Numbered from the stretch's first letter, positions 18,920 to 32,003 are shown. The stretch: DNA of 64,000 bases from Eledone cirrhosa (GCA_964016885.1 OZ024740.1:85436001-85500000), one strand, 5' to 3'. The notes: generated by a model not told the origin, from the sequence alone. Translations and numbers: made by a program.

Positions 18920-19760
18920 CCACACATACATACACACACACACATATATATACATACACACATACAAACATACACACACACACACATATATATACACATA
19001 CACACACATATATATACACACACACACACACGCATATATATATATATATACACATACAGACACATATATTTTTTCCATAATATAAGAAGTTGGGACAGTG
19101 AAATTAAAATACAAGTCATTCTGATCACATTGAGTTCTTGATGTAGATTGGGCCCCGCAACCGACAGTGGTGAATTCTGTGTGCGCATATATATATAGAT
19201 ATATGTGTGTGCACGTGCAGGGTTTAACATGGATGTGTTGGTCACACAAAGGCATGGTCTGTCAACGAATAAACCTGATTCTACAGAATTGGTCTCTGGT
19301 CTTTAATAGTAGTGATTCCGTGCGTATGTGTGTTTATATTTTATGACAATTCTATTGGGGTGATAACCCGTTTAGTTTTGGTTTAAATTTGTTAAGGAAT
19401 AGATTTTCTTTGTTTATTCTTTGTTGCTGTGTGAACGAATCTGAGCACTTGTAGAAGGGGAAGATTTTAAAGTTGGGTAGTGTCATTCCTGCGCAGTTCG
19501 CAATATGGCTGCTCAAGGGGATTTTTCTTGTCCCGGATTTGTTGGCGGTGGATGGTCATTCTTTTGCGTAAATCTGACCTTTATAAAATAACCCACACCC
19601 CAAATAACTTCTCATTCACTACCAGAAAGGGACACAGCAGTCAACCTGTTGTTGCTACCTAGATGAAAACTGCTATGAAATCCCACAATGAATTTTATAC
19701 TTGAATTTTCAAATCTCAAATTTTAACTCTTCGTATTATTAATTTTTCTTAATATTAATC

Positions 19761-19808
19761 AACATTTGAAAAGATGGCTTTTGCAGACCCATCGAAACCG
19801 GTCATTTT
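19761..19808 (+). ncRNA. Type I hammerhead ribozyme, U3:A8 variant (inverted-arm copy)
   Basis: aacat TTGAAAA gatggcttttgcagacccatc GAAA ccgg TC atttt. Confidence 0.65.
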
Positions 19809-19944
19809 TTATACCCTTTATTATTTCCTTACCTTATAAAATTATGTTTTTTCACAAAAAAGTATTCTGTCTCTTATATATTCCATGTGCTCTATATTCA
19901 ATTTTCTCTATAACCTTCGTTTTGTGTAGAAAATTACACTTTTC

Positions 19945-19978
<34 letters not shown>

Positions 19979-20129
19979 AGGTAGGTAGGTGGGTGGGTAG
20001 ATAGGTAGGTGGGTGGGTAGATAGGTAGGTAGAGACCGTACACGCAAAAGAGAAATAGGAGCATGAGAGACAGGAAAATAGATAAGCATACAGGGAAGTA
20101 AACACAGATAAGCAAACCAATAAATATAC

Positions 20130-20183
<54 letters not shown>

Positions 20184-20202
20184 ATAGATACATACATAGA
20201 TA
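20130..20202. repeat. (GATA)n microsatellite
   Basis: Direct reading. Confidence 0.9.
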
Positions 20203-20382
20203 GAAAAATAGGAAGATTTTGAACTGCTGTTGTTTCTATACCTCCACTGTTGTGCTATCATCAAAAGTTGTATAATCACGACGAGAGGATACATCACAAG
20301 ATAAAATAGGGACGATTTATAAAGAATTTTCTCCCTTAGATCTAAATACTTATTATTTTTATTAAGAGGTGGATGGGAGGCG

Positions 20383-20555
20383 GTGGATTGGCAGTATCGG
20401 TAGAGGGTCGGACGCCATGCTTTGACGCATAGAGTTACGGTCCTTGCCATTCTGAGTTCAAATGCCGCCGAGGTTTACTTTGCCTTTCATCCTTACGGGG
20501 CCGATAAAATAAAGTACCAGTAATTCCTTGTGCCAAAAGTAGAAACAATTATTTT
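20383..20555 (+). mobile_element. tRNA-derived SINE
   Basis: Same head, core and tail as 3146-3335. Confidence 0.85.
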
Positions 20556-20889
20556 TATTAAGAGTATTCTCCCTTGAAAAGTAAAAACGTGGCATCAATA
20601 TTTTAGTGGTAATCAATTAGTAGTAGTAGTAGTGATGGTGGTGGTAGTGGCAGAGAATTTTTTTTTAAATATCAATATAATAGGAAAATGAAGAATAGAA
20701 GAAAAACGAAAGAAATAAAATGAAAGAATAAAAAATTAAATGGAAAAGGAGGAGGAAGCAACATACTATACAGACCAGTCTGTGTGGTATCTCTTAGTTC
20801 CGTCCTGTAGACAAACTCGCAAAAAGATTGTCGCGGAGAACAGCCAGCGACACCCGCTACAACAACCACCCCACCTCATGCAGTTCCTT

Positions 20890-21065
20890 CCTTAGGCGGG
20901 CTGCTGTCTTTTTCTGATTTTGCGAAGGAAAATAGTAAGACGTAGGACACCTGAGGTCTCGACAGCAACTAGCGTGAAAGGGAAGCGGTCTGTCAAACCC
21001 CGGTATTTGGCAATGTTCCTCTCTCTGCACAGCGGATGGCAGTGCCTGGGTTTGCGGTCAAAACG
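20890..21065 (-). mobile_element. CRE-like RLE fragment
   Basis: RERNIAKYRGLTDRFPFTLVAVETSGVL (K..KY..L...F.P.A.ET.G motif). Confidence 0.6.
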
Positions 21066-21842
21066 ACAAGGCTGCAGGGTGGGGTGGGTGAACAAAAAGT
21101 AAGAGAACGTATTATTTCGTCTGTAAAGTTAAAATCTTTCAAAGAATACCTATCAAGTGAGTAGCGAGGATTATGACGTCATAAGCTTTGAATTGACAAA
21201 ATAAAGACGGCAAATTAGTAAAGTCTTTAGAGTATTGTTCGGAACTTGTTCTGAATCTATGCACTGCGGAAATGCTTTTATGGTCTTATCCGTGGGGCGC
21301 AGCCCCAATAACGCCGCTCCCTAGGCCTAAAGCCCCTCCCCACCCCCTCCCATTCTTCTGTGACCCTAGAGCTCTTGCCTTTCCCTTCATTTTCCGTTTT
21401 CATAACCAAAAAAGACACTTGCACCCAACTCTTCTTTCTCATTTGATATTAGTTATCATTGCAAGCTTGTGATTTGACTTATTAGCACAAGTGGCAGGCA
21501 TCTTATGACTTATGTAAAATGTATGGCTGTAACACAACAGCTTTCACGGAATTATTCAATAGAATAGAAGCCCATGGTGAGTACAATATTTTGTTACTAT
21601 GGAAAATAATAGACACAAAAATGTTTTTAAAAGGTTTATCTGAAAATCCGAGCGAAGAAGTTTTATTTAATTATTGAGAAAAGAATCCCTTGATGGAGCC
21701 GCAGCGACGTTCTAGTGATATACGGCGTTTCTGGGACATTTTTTAAAGTCTGGGGGAATCAATTTTCTCTCCAGGTCTGAACACTATAGAGAAGGAGAGG
21801 TAGGGGGAGAAGGAGAAGTGAGAAAGGGATGTAGAAGAATCT

Positions 21843-21997
21843 ACCCCAGTACTTGACTGGTAGATTTTTCATCGACATTGAATGTAGGAAAGGCAACGTT
21901 GTCCTCAGCGGGATTTGAACAGAGAATAGAGAGCCGGCGTGAATATCGCAAAACATTCTATCCCATGTTTTTAATGACTCTGTGCCAATTACCACCT
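21843..21997 (-). mobile_element. Diverged tRNA-derived SINE
   Basis: GGAAAGGCAACGTTGTCCTCAGCGGGATTTGAAC core. Confidence 0.65.
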
Positions 21998-22500
21998 TGA
22001 TAAAATCTATAGTATGTAAATCATTTCTACTTGTAGAAGATACTTATATATATGGTATGTGATTAATTAAATTAAGCAGTAGAGTCTTTAAAATGTCATC
22101 TAAAATAGATGCTGACATAACTGTAGAGTTATCGAACTTGCTTCGAAAACAGGTGGTTTCGGGATCGATTCCACCCTGTGTTGGCTAATGCCTTGGAAAT
22201 TGGTAGACGGCAACTGTTCGAAAGATTGTCGTATATGAATAAGTGTGTGTTTATATCTACATTGCTTGTTTCCTGTAAGTTTGACAAGTAGAGATTGATG
22301 AAATAAATACCAGATTTAGAAATAAGCAGTGAAGTCGAAGTGATTGATAAACCAGGCATGGGCAACCCTTTTCGAGCAGTGGGCCGCATAAGATATGGAT
22401 CATCACAAGGCAGGCCCCACTACTAAAAAATTCAAGGCAATTTTGAAATTAGGCTTGCCACTCAGAAAGCCAAACGGGCCACAGTTTATTCAGCATCGTT

Positions 22501-22685
22501 ATGGCAGTATCGGTAGAGGGGGGTCGGACGCCATGCTTCCCAGCATAGTTCCGTCCCTTTACGATCTGAGTTCAAATCCCGCCGATGTTGACTTTGCCTT
22601 TCATCCTTACGGGGTCGATAAAATAAAGTACCAGTAATACACTGGGTAATTTGCTGGCTTTGTGCCTAAAGTAGAAACAGTTATT
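22501..22685 (+). mobile_element. tRNA-derived SINE
   Basis: TGGCAGTATCGGTAGA...GAGTTCAAATCCCGCCG...CCTTTCATCCTTACGGGGTCGATAAAATAAAGTACCAG. Confidence 0.85.
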
Positions 22686-22777
22686 GACTTTTACTAAAAT
22701 TTTATCCTCTGACTACAGCATGAAGATTAAACAATTGAAAAGTCTATGAAGAATCTGGAATCTACACTTTTCGTTGA

Positions 22778-23130
22778 AGGGTCCATAATTTTTACTATTG
22801 TTGGAGGGGGCCGTAATTTTTACTATTGTTAGAGGGGGTAATTTTTATTGTTGGGGGGGGGGGGGGGGGGCGTAATTTTTAATATCGCTGGGGAGGGGTC
22901 CGTAATTTCTATTACTGTTGGAGGCGGGGCTCTGTAAATTTTACTATTGCTGGGGGAGGGGTCCGTAATTTCTACTATTGTTAGGGGAAGGTTCCATAAT
23001 GTTTACTGTTGTTGGTGGGTGGTCCATAATTTCTACTATTTTGGGGGGAGGGTTCCGTAATTTCTACAATTGTTGGGGGAGGGTTCCGTAATTTCTACTA
23101 TTGTTGGGGGAGGGTTCCTTAATTTCTACT
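22778..23130. repeat. ~30-32-bp minisatellite with a G-run (CCGTAATTTCTACTATTGTTGGGGGGAGGGTT) x ~11
   Basis: Direct reading. Confidence 0.85.
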
Positions 23131-24337
23131 TTTCGACTATACGTCTTGGATTCATCACCTGCTAATTTGGATGCTCAAACCGAAACTGTCTATCACAATT
23201 GAAGCAGCAATAAATGCTGTAAACAAATTTAATTTATATTTACAGCCGAACCTATCTAACATATTAGCAATAAAACAAAAGATCCAACGTTTTTTTCCTT
23301 CTAATGGTGGTCTTCGTATTTCTAGATACGAATGGCCCGCAAAATATTCAGCATCATGAATATATTTATAAAAAAAGGTTATTGGACTATAGTCTGTTTA
23401 ATACCATTGCTTCAAAATTTCATTCTCGTCAGGATTATGAAGAAAATGACACAGATGCCGACAGAGATACTACACACACACACACAATATATATAATCAC
23501 ACGCATCTAAACTATAATTGTTCTAAACTATAATAAAGGAAGGTCTGCGGGGTTACGTACGGTTTATTTTTTTTTATCTCGTTTGTAAAATAAGTTGGAT
23601 TACTTTGAATAAATAATGAATGAATATTACATAATTTATCTACTCAATTTCGTTAACAAAAATAATTTCGTAAAAATAAATAATTTAAAATTGACTTCTT
23701 TTCATTCAAAGTTGCACCACCACTACTTCAACTACCATATATATAGAAAGAGAGAGTTTGTGATGAGAGAGATAGAGAGATTATGACTTTCTACACACAG
23801 ACGCGTAGGATTATGTGCATACATACATCTATATGTATGAGTATATAACTATTATGAGTCTATAACTATAATCGCGCAAACACAAACTTATAAAAATACA
23901 CTCTCACGGACATAATTCACACAAATACACATACTTTCACACAAATATACATACATACATTCATAAATACTTTCACACAAATATACATACATTCACACAT
24001 ATACATTTACACAAACATACATACATTCACACAAACACACACATAGTCATGATAGCGTTCGGTGAAGTGGAAATGGGAGGGTAAAACAAGTATAACGTTT
24101 TTTTTTATTTATTACCTCTTTTTTTTAAAACTCATTTAATATAATGGTTACAGAAGGAAAACGCTAACAAATATAATATATACAAAGGAAAGGGAAGGGA
24201 AAAAAAGAAAGAAAAAATACAAAAGTATATACACACATCTTAGACCCCATGGAACAAAATGCAAACGAAAGGGTGAAAAAACGAGCCGCTACCAGAGCAA
24301 AAGATAGCAATATAGCGAGGAGCACTGGGAAACCTCG

Positions 24338-24780
24338 CTAATAATTTTTGAGGCAGGCCAACACGTTCGCAGCGTTATCTGGGGTGATGGCGAGGCTGAG
24401 GTGCTGGAACAACCAAGTGCCCGCACGAACATCACCAGTTACCTCTGTTTGGCGAGCCGCCAGTGAAGATAAGAACCTCGCTGTCAGTAGCCCGACTCCC
24501 CCAAACAACTCGAACGCCTCAGGCTGGATAATGTATTTAGCTGACAGAACACGGTATTTTAGGATTTTGTTCCATTCAGCTGCGGATGCTGTAGCTCTCG
24601 CCCTTACCGCTGCATCCAGGATGTGGGACGGAGCAAAAGAGTCACTAACTGTGACGTCCCAGGTAAGGCTCCTGCCTGCCTCTTGACCAGGAGCACAGAG
24701 TAAGACCGTCAAGTTTCTCATCAATTCAGAACAACCTAGACGGTTCCAAAATTGAGGGGATGTTTGCCCGGGCCAAAGCT
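24338..24780 (-). mobile_element. 3' end of a CRE-like non-LTR retrotransposon (RLE domain)
   Basis: ORF 24338-24724: GRSLTWDVTVSDSFAPSH..AEWNKILKY..QPEAFELFGGVG..WLFQHLSLAI. Confidence 0.75.
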
Positions 24781-25014
24781 CTTGAGTGGTAATAGGACAG
24801 TGTGTGTATCTGCGCGTGCGTGAGTTTGTCGGCGTTCTTAAATTAGAGACACTTGTGTGTCACTGTTTTTAAGTTAAAGACATATATGTGTGGATACCTT
24901 TCCTTCTTTTACACATACATACATTCACCCAAACACACACACATTGCTGATGGACAGGTGGAGAGAAGTCCCTCAAATGAATACACATGTGATTGGAGTT
25001 CTACTGAAGCAGTT

Positions 25015-25630
25015 AGAGAAGTTCAAGTATCTTGTTCATGAGTGATGGAATGCAGGAGGCTGAATTAAGTGCAAGAATTACCAAAGCTGATGCAGTAAAG
25101 CGCCAGCCTCAGCAATCAGATGAAGCGGGGTAGGTGTAAAAGCCAGACTCGCTGTCTTCCTGGTATTCCTGCCAACTGTTACTGAGGATCATGAATCTTG
25201 AGTAATGACCAAAAGAATACAATTGCAAATACAAACGGCAGAAACGGGATTCCTCCGAAGGGTCTTTGGAGTAACGTTACTCGATAAAGTGCATAACTCA
25301 GAGACCAGAGAGTCACTCCTGGTAGAGCTACTCCTGGTAGAGCCACTACTTCTCCGAATTGAGAGATCACAACTCCAATATTATGAGCATGTGGCTAGAA
25401 TGTCTCAGGAAAGAATCGCTGGACACATTTTACAGGCAAAATTAACCGTCAAGAGACCCAGAGGTAGACCCTGAGCAAGATAGTTGGATAACATCTATGA
25501 GCTTGGCTGGTCACGCTTTGGGATCCAGCTGGATCAGATAGAGATCTTTGCTTCTGACAGACTCGCTGAAAGGAGTGTTTGAGAAGGACTCTGCCCCCAC
25601 TACCCTCTCAGAAATAAATAAGTGGGCGAA
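25015..25630 (+). mobile_element. Degenerate RTE-clade LINE 3' fragment (different family from the main RTE)
   Basis: IQTAETGFLRRVFGVTLLDKVHNSETRESL..LLRIERSQLQYYEHVARM..KRPRGRP. Confidence 0.75.
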
Positions 25631-25683
25631 GAAGATAATATTGTCAATTTACTTTTCAATTTACATATATCTATATACATATA

Positions 25684-25990
25684 ACGGCGATGAATTAGTT
25701 TTGCGAGGTTTTTTATATGAAATCGTGTGTCGAAACAAATATTGTTATACTTGGGAAGGGTCATATTTGTGTAATATTGCCAGAATTAATAACAGAACAC
25801 ACTCACTGTTTGGTTGGTTTTCGCTTCTGTGTCTTTTATAGCGGTAATCTAATTTATTCGTACCGAATAAATTAGATTACCGCTATAAAAGACACAGAAG
25901 CGAAAAGCGAAAACCAACCAAACAGTGAATGTGTTCTGTTATTAATTCTGGCAATATTACACAAATATGACCCTCCCCAAGTATAACAAT
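25684..25990. mobile_element. PLE-type fold-back insertion (tail + palindrome) in (TA)n
   Basis: Arms 25740-25861 and 25862-25990 with no loop (centre GGTACC) and a ~56-nt one-sided tail; same family as 32251-32521, related to 52678-53193. Confidence 0.75.
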
Positions 25991-26035
25991 ATATATATAT
26001 ATTTGCGTATAATACCAATATCCACACTACATATA

Positions 26036-26398
26036 CTTTTGGCACAAGGCCAGCAATTATCTCAGTGCATTACTGGTACTTTATTTTATCGACCCCGTAA
26101 GGATTAAAGGCAAAGTTAACCACGGCGGGATTTGAACTCAGTACGTAAAAGGCCGTAACTCTATGCTACAAAGAATGGTGTCTGACACTCTATCTATACT
26201 GCCAATCCAAATGTAAAATAGTTGTTTCTACTTTTGGCACAAGGCCAGCAATTATCCCAGTACATTACTAGTACTTTATTTTTTACCCCGTAAGGATGAA
26301 AGGCAAAGTTAACCTCGGCGGGATTTGAACTCAGACCGTAAAGGGTCGTAACTCTATATTGCAAAGCATGGCAGCCGTCTCTCTACCGATACTGCCAA
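26036..26398 (-). mobile_element. Two tandem tRNA-derived SINEs (26036-26210, 26220-26398)
   Basis: Two reverse-complement copies of the SINE at 3146-3335. Confidence 0.85.
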
Positions 26399-26531
26399 TA
26401 ATATAATGGGTTTCGGTTAAAGAAAGTTTATAACAGGCTAGTACTGTTTCATTCGTTACTGAAATATGATACTGAAATAGCACTTGCCCTGTAGCTGTCA
26501 CACACACACACACATACACACACACATATAT

Positions 26532-29500
26532 ATCATCATCATCATCATCATCATCAACGTTTAACGTCCGTGTTCCACGCTTGCATGGGTTTGGAAGGGG
26601 GTATTCCCACTTGAGGCAAGAGTGATTGTCTTGCTCGCATAGGACTGTCTGGTAGGTTTTCTACAGTTGGATGCCCTTCCTAACACCAACCACATTTAAA
26701 GTGTGGGTCTGGGAGGTTTTTACCGTGTTGTTTACACGGCCACATTACAGCGTAGACTGTGTGTTTTTTTTTGTCGTGACACCTACACGATCTCATTTGT
26801 TTCGGCCTGGATGGTGTGGCACCAACATAACTTTACATAGAAGGGGGCGGTGTGGATGGGGTGGGGGTGGTGGGACGGGGGTGTATTTTGTTAGAGATGC
26901 CTACTGGCTGTAGTAGGTTTTACTATGTATTTAGGTAAGGCGGGTCTTCTCTGTTACTGAGTACCGCCAAAGGTCTCGGTCCAGAGACATTGTCTTGGAG
27001 AGGTGTAAGTGTGTGAGGTCGGAGTTTATCAGCTCGTCCCAGGTTTTTCTAGGTCTGCCTATTCCGTGGCTACCGTCTATCTTTATTGCCCTGCACTTTG
27101 TTATACAGCTATCGACTTTCATGCGCATCACGTGTCCATACCAACGTAGCCTTCTCTCGAGTAAACAACATCTGATCCCTCTTATTTCTAATGTTTTCCT
27201 TAGTTCGTTTATGCTTTGCCGTTCACGTATATTACTGTTACACATCCAGCGGAGCATGCAAGCTTCGTTCCTCTTTAGTCTGCGTATATCCTCTGCACAC
27301 AATGCCCAGGTCTCACTGCCATGCAACATTGCTGTTCGTATGCAGGCATCATACAACCTGCCTTTCATTTTTAGGGAGAACCCTTTAGCAGCTAATAGTG
27401 GTATAAGCTCTCTGAACTTTTTCCATCCAGTTCTGACTCTAGCTACTGTGCTTTCTGAGCACCCTCCCCCACTGCTGATTTTGTCGTCCAGGTAACGGAA
27501 GCTGTCCACTATTTCTATAGAGCCCTCTGCGCAGTTGTAAGAGCTAGTATTTTGTGGGCACTTGCTGCTACTTATTGCACCAGAGCACCGGCCACATGTA
27601 AAATCTATGTTCTTAGTTAGCTTACCTGTGATCCCACTACATCTTTTATGCACCCATACTTTGCATTTGGGACATAAAATAGAGTTTCTACCTACGCCTT
27701 TCCTACACACTGAGCATGGCCATTTCCCAGAAGGGACCGCCGCCTTATTTTCTTTCCTACAAACTAGAACTTTAGTCTTAGCCAGGTTAATTTTAAGGCC
27801 TTTTGATTCTAGGCCGTGCTTCCATGTTTGGAATTTCTTCTCTAGCTCGGCCATTGATTCAGCTATGAGTGTCAGGTCGTCTGCGTATAGGAGTTCCCAT
27901 GGGCAGCCGGTCTTGAACTCCTCTGTTATAGCCTGAAGGGCAATAATAAATAGTAGTGGGCTAAGAACAGAGCCCTGATGGACGCCAACTTTTACGCTAA
28001 ACTCTTCACTATGTTCGTTGTTAATTCTAACCTTGCTGACTGTTTCTTTATACATGGCTTGTATAGCTCTCACAAGCCATTCGTCAACGCCTAGTTTTCT
28101 AAGAGCCCACCAGATAATGGAGCGGGGGACTCTGTCGAAGGCTTTCTCCAAGTCGACAAAACTAAGTAGAGGGGTTTACCTTTAGCTAGGTACTTCTCCT
28201 GTAGTTGTCGTACAATGAAAAGAGCGTATGTGGTACTTTTGCCTGACACAAACCCGAACTGCATTTCATCTAGGTCAATTCTCTCTCTGATTAGTTGCGC
28301 TATTACTTTTTCCGTGACCTTCATGACCTGGTCGATTAATTTAATGCCTCTATAGTTACACCTATCTAGGGCATCTCCTTTACCCTTATAACAGTTAACG
28401 ATGATGCTGCTATGCCAGTCCTTCGGAACAACCCCATTCTGTACGACTTGGTTAACTATGCGGGTGACCATGGTGTGTCCCACCGTGCCAGATGCCTTCA
28501 GCATCTCAGCAACTATTTCCGAAGGCCCAGCCGCCTTACCCGTCTTCATATCCTTGATTGCCTTACTTATTATACTCCCCTAGACTAACACTGCTGGTCC
28601 CTCTATTGGGTCGATGTATGGGAGACTGTCTTTCTCCCATTTATTCTCCTCATTTAGTAGCCTTTCATAGTGACACTTCCAAGCTACCTTCTTATCAGCG
28701 TCGGTGATGGCAAGTACGCCTTCATCATTAAGTACACACTTCTCCCCGACAATATCACGGCTTTCCTTGACACATTGCCTAGCAATTCTGAACACCTCAC
28801 GTTTTTGGTCCTCGCGTTGTAGAACATGCTTGAACTTTCTTTCCTCTGCTTCCCTTCTTGCGAAGTACACTTGTCTCCTAGCTTCCCTCCTGGCCACTTG
28901 ATAGTCTTCTCTACTTCCCCCATCCCGCCATACTTTCCAAGCCTGCTTTTTGGCCTTAATTGACCCCTCCACCTTACTGTTCCACCACCATGTTTCTCTC
29001 CTCCTGCCTACTGGCTTGCTCCAGCCACAGACTTCGTCTGTCGCCATCAGCAGGTTTGCTTTCAGAAATTCCCACTGTCCCTCTATATTGTCCGATTTTA
29101 AATGCTCTTCCTTACTGTCGAAAGCATCAAGTAATATGCTTTGAAATTTATTTCTGGCTGTGGGGTCCTTTAGCTTCCATATTTTTCTCCTGAGGATAGT
29201 CCTCTTCTGCTGTCGAGTACGTCTCATCCTGACTATGAGGTCGCTAATTAACAGTCTATGTTGGGAGGTGCATTCTTCATGGGGGAGGGATTTAGTGTTT
29301 ACAACAGACACTCTGTCACGTCTTCTGGTAAGGATATAATCTACCTGGCTTGTGTGTTCCCCGGATCTATAGGCGATCAGGTGATTGTCACGTTTTTTGA
29401 AGTTAGTGTTACAGATAGTTAGGTTATTTGCGTCACAGAATTCCAGGATTCTGGAGCCTTCCTCATTTCTAGTACCAAACCCATAGCCTCCATGGATTTC

Positions 29501-30600
29501 GTCGTAGCCGTCACAATGTTGTCCAACGTGACCATTTAGGTCGCCTGCAATAATTATATAGTCATTGTCGGTTATTTGGGAGGTAGTGAGCATCAGTGTC
29601 TTATAGAATCTGTCTTTTATAATGCCGGCCAGTCCGGATTGGGGTGCGTACGCAGATATTACTGTCACCGTAGTTCTATTGAGGGCAAGTCGTATTTTAA
29701 TTATTCTGTCGTTCACTCTATTTACGTCTATTATCTTATCTGCCCACTTTTCTGCTACCATGATTCCTACTCCACCCAGCCCATCGTCGTTTCCCACCCA
29801 GAAAAGCTTATAACATCGTTTTTTACCCTCAATGAATCTAGCAGACCCACCCCTCCACCTGGTCTCTTGAATACAACAAACATCGACCTCCTTATGTTCA
29901 AGCATTTCTACAACCTCGTTAGCGCGACCCTTTAGGGTGCCTACATTTATGGTACCAACTCTGAAGTTTTGGATTGCGTTTGGAGGGTGGGGGGAGATGG
30001 GGTTATGTTAGCCGTCCACGGTCGAAACAAAGAGGAGTGCTCGCATTCTCGTCCACGAGGTGAATTTGTCTTTATCTTTGGCATTGTCGCTGAGCGTCCA
30101 GATTTTTCTCTCTCTTCCACTCTCCAGGATTCCGTAGTCCATCCATCCATCCATCATATATCGAAAGGCAACCGGGCAAGCGATAGTATAGGCCTCTGGC
30201 TTATGATTGGTCCGCGTAATAATAATGGTGATGCGTGGGGGTTCTGGCTTATGATTGGTCCACGTAATAACAATGGTGGTGCGTGGGGGCGGGAGGAAGG
30301 GGTGTTGGGAAGGTTGGTTAGAAGGTTAGGATTGTATGAGATCCTCGTGTTAACAAGCGGTTAGCAAAAAAAAACAAAAATACAAGATTTGTTCTGTTCA
30401 ATACAAAAACTCCCGTATTTAACATAAATAACAAAAAATACAGATTTGTTTTAGGAAAACGTTCGCTACATTTAGGATTTTGCAAGATTGGATGTTTGGA
30501 CTAGAATACGAAATGGAAGTGTTGGAGATGATAGAAAAATGTGTACATTACGATTACATGATGTACCATGGAAGGAAACAGCGATGAATTGGCAAAAGTA
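26532..30600 (-). mobile_element. Near full-length RTE-clade LINE (APE endonuclease + RT + PHD-like finger), disabled
   Basis: APE motifs (CIQETRW, SAYAPQ, GDLNGH, VDYIL, SQHRLL) in 28580-29905; RT motifs ([14 protein letters not shown]) in 26931-28549; stop at 28580; frameshift near 28160; (GAT)n 3' tail at 26532-26556. The 5' boundary is approximate. Confidence 0.92.
26931..29945 (-). pseudogene. RTE ORF (EN-RT) broken by one stop and one frameshift
   Basis: ORFs 28580-29905, 28091-28549 and 26931-28151 are collinear parts of one polyprotein; the copy at 38547-40198 reads through both lesions. Confidence 0.9.
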
Positions 30601-30617
30601 TATATATATATTGCCTT

Positions 30618-30668
<51 letters not shown>

Positions 30669-30672
<4 letters not shown>

Positions 30673-30810
30673 GGAAACTAAATTTATAAAACCATATTTA
30701 TTCTATGATATATATTTCAAGGGTACCAAAATTTGGTACGCTCTCATCAGATAAAATACAAAGTTTGTTTTATAAATATTGACATATATTAAATATCCCT
30801 TTTGCTTATA
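30669..30810 (-). mobile_element. Short PLE pLTR stub, sister family of the 43063-49006 element
   Basis: AAATGGAAACTA..TTTATAAAACCATATTTATT matches 43167-43207; flanked by (TA)n. Confidence 0.75.
30699..30758 (-). ncRNA. Type I hammerhead ribozyme
   Basis: tattttat CTGATGA gagcgtaccaaattttggtaccctt GAAA tatata TC atagaata. 8-bp stem I; palindromic stem III. Confidence 0.85.
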
Positions 30811-30822
30811 TACACACACACA

Positions 30823-31014
<192 letters not shown>

Positions 31015-31038
31015 ATATACATATATGCATATATACAT

Positions 31039-31595
31039 AGGGTGTTAAAGTTTGCTTGAAGCATTGTGAAATGTGTAAAAATACGTATTTAAGAAAGCCA
31101 CAACAATGCAAAGGGGAATCTCGAGGTAGGAAGTGAAATATAGATAGGAAAAACAGGTGAAAGTGAAAGTTGAGAGAGACAAAGATGAAAACAAAACAAA
31201 GGTAGAAGGGTTACCGTAGTAGAGATTTTAATCCCAATATTTCGGGCTCACGCCCATCAACGGGGGAAAAGTTCCAAAAGGGGGGAAAACAGGCCAAGCG
31301 GAGAAAGTGGTGATGTCGTTAAGACAGGAATGCCGTTGCATTCCTGTCTTAACGACATCACCACTTTCTCCGCTTGGCCTGTTTTCCCCCCTTTTGGAAC
31401 TTTTCCCCCGTTGATGGGCGTGAGCCCGAAATATTGGGATTAAAATCTCTACTACGGTAACCCTTCTACCTTTGTTTTGTTTTCATCTTTGTCTCTCTCA
31501 ACTTTCACTTTCACCTGTTTTTCCTATCTATATTTCACTTCCTACCTCGAGATTTCCCTTTGCATTGTTGTGGCTTTCTTAAATACGTATTTTTG
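31039..31595. mobile_element. PLE-type fold-back palindrome (arms ~257 bp, 4-nt loop, ~36-nt tail) in (TA)n
   Basis: 31076-31333 is the reverse complement of 31338-31595; each arm has the degenerate hammerhead-like motif tccc CCGTTGA t gggc gtga gccc GAAA ta TT ggga. Confidence 0.75.
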
Positions 31596-31722
31596 CATAT
31601 ATACATATATATATACATATGTATATATACATATATATATACATATGTATATATACATATATATATACATATGTATATATACATATATATATACATATGT
31701 ATATATACATATATATATATAC

Positions 31723-31753
<31 letters not shown>

Positions 31754-31764
31754 CATATATATAC

Positions 31765-31795
<31 letters not shown>

Positions 31796-31858
31796 CATAT
31801 ATACATATACATATATATATATATATACATATATACATATACATATATACATATATAC

Positions 31859-31923
<65 letters not shown>

Positions 31924-31972
31924 CATATATATATCTACACATATATACATATATACATATATATATATACAC

Positions 31973-32003
<31 letters not shown>

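Larger units (their letters stand above)
18148..19946 (-). mobile_element. 5'-truncated PLE (canonical CCHH-type GIY-YIG, Neptune/Penelope-like) with inverted pLTR
   Basis: Inverted arms 18167-18487 and 19569-19890. Minus strand 19352-19570 translates LRKRMTIHRQQIRD/RKIPLSSHIANC..FKIFPFYK..RINKENLFLNKFKPKLN* (GIY-YIG C-terminus). Hammerhead in each arm; microsatellite flanks. Confidence 0.8.

Noticed and set aside
25681-25750. Hammerhead in GGCGATGA...GAAA of the 25684/32251 tails
   Set aside because: The core lacks CTGA/TTGA and no convincing stem II can be drawn.
26995-27936. Plus-strand ORFs of 124-166 aa (also 38214-39678 and 45294-45683)
   Set aside because: Antisense shadows of RTE or PLE coding sequence.
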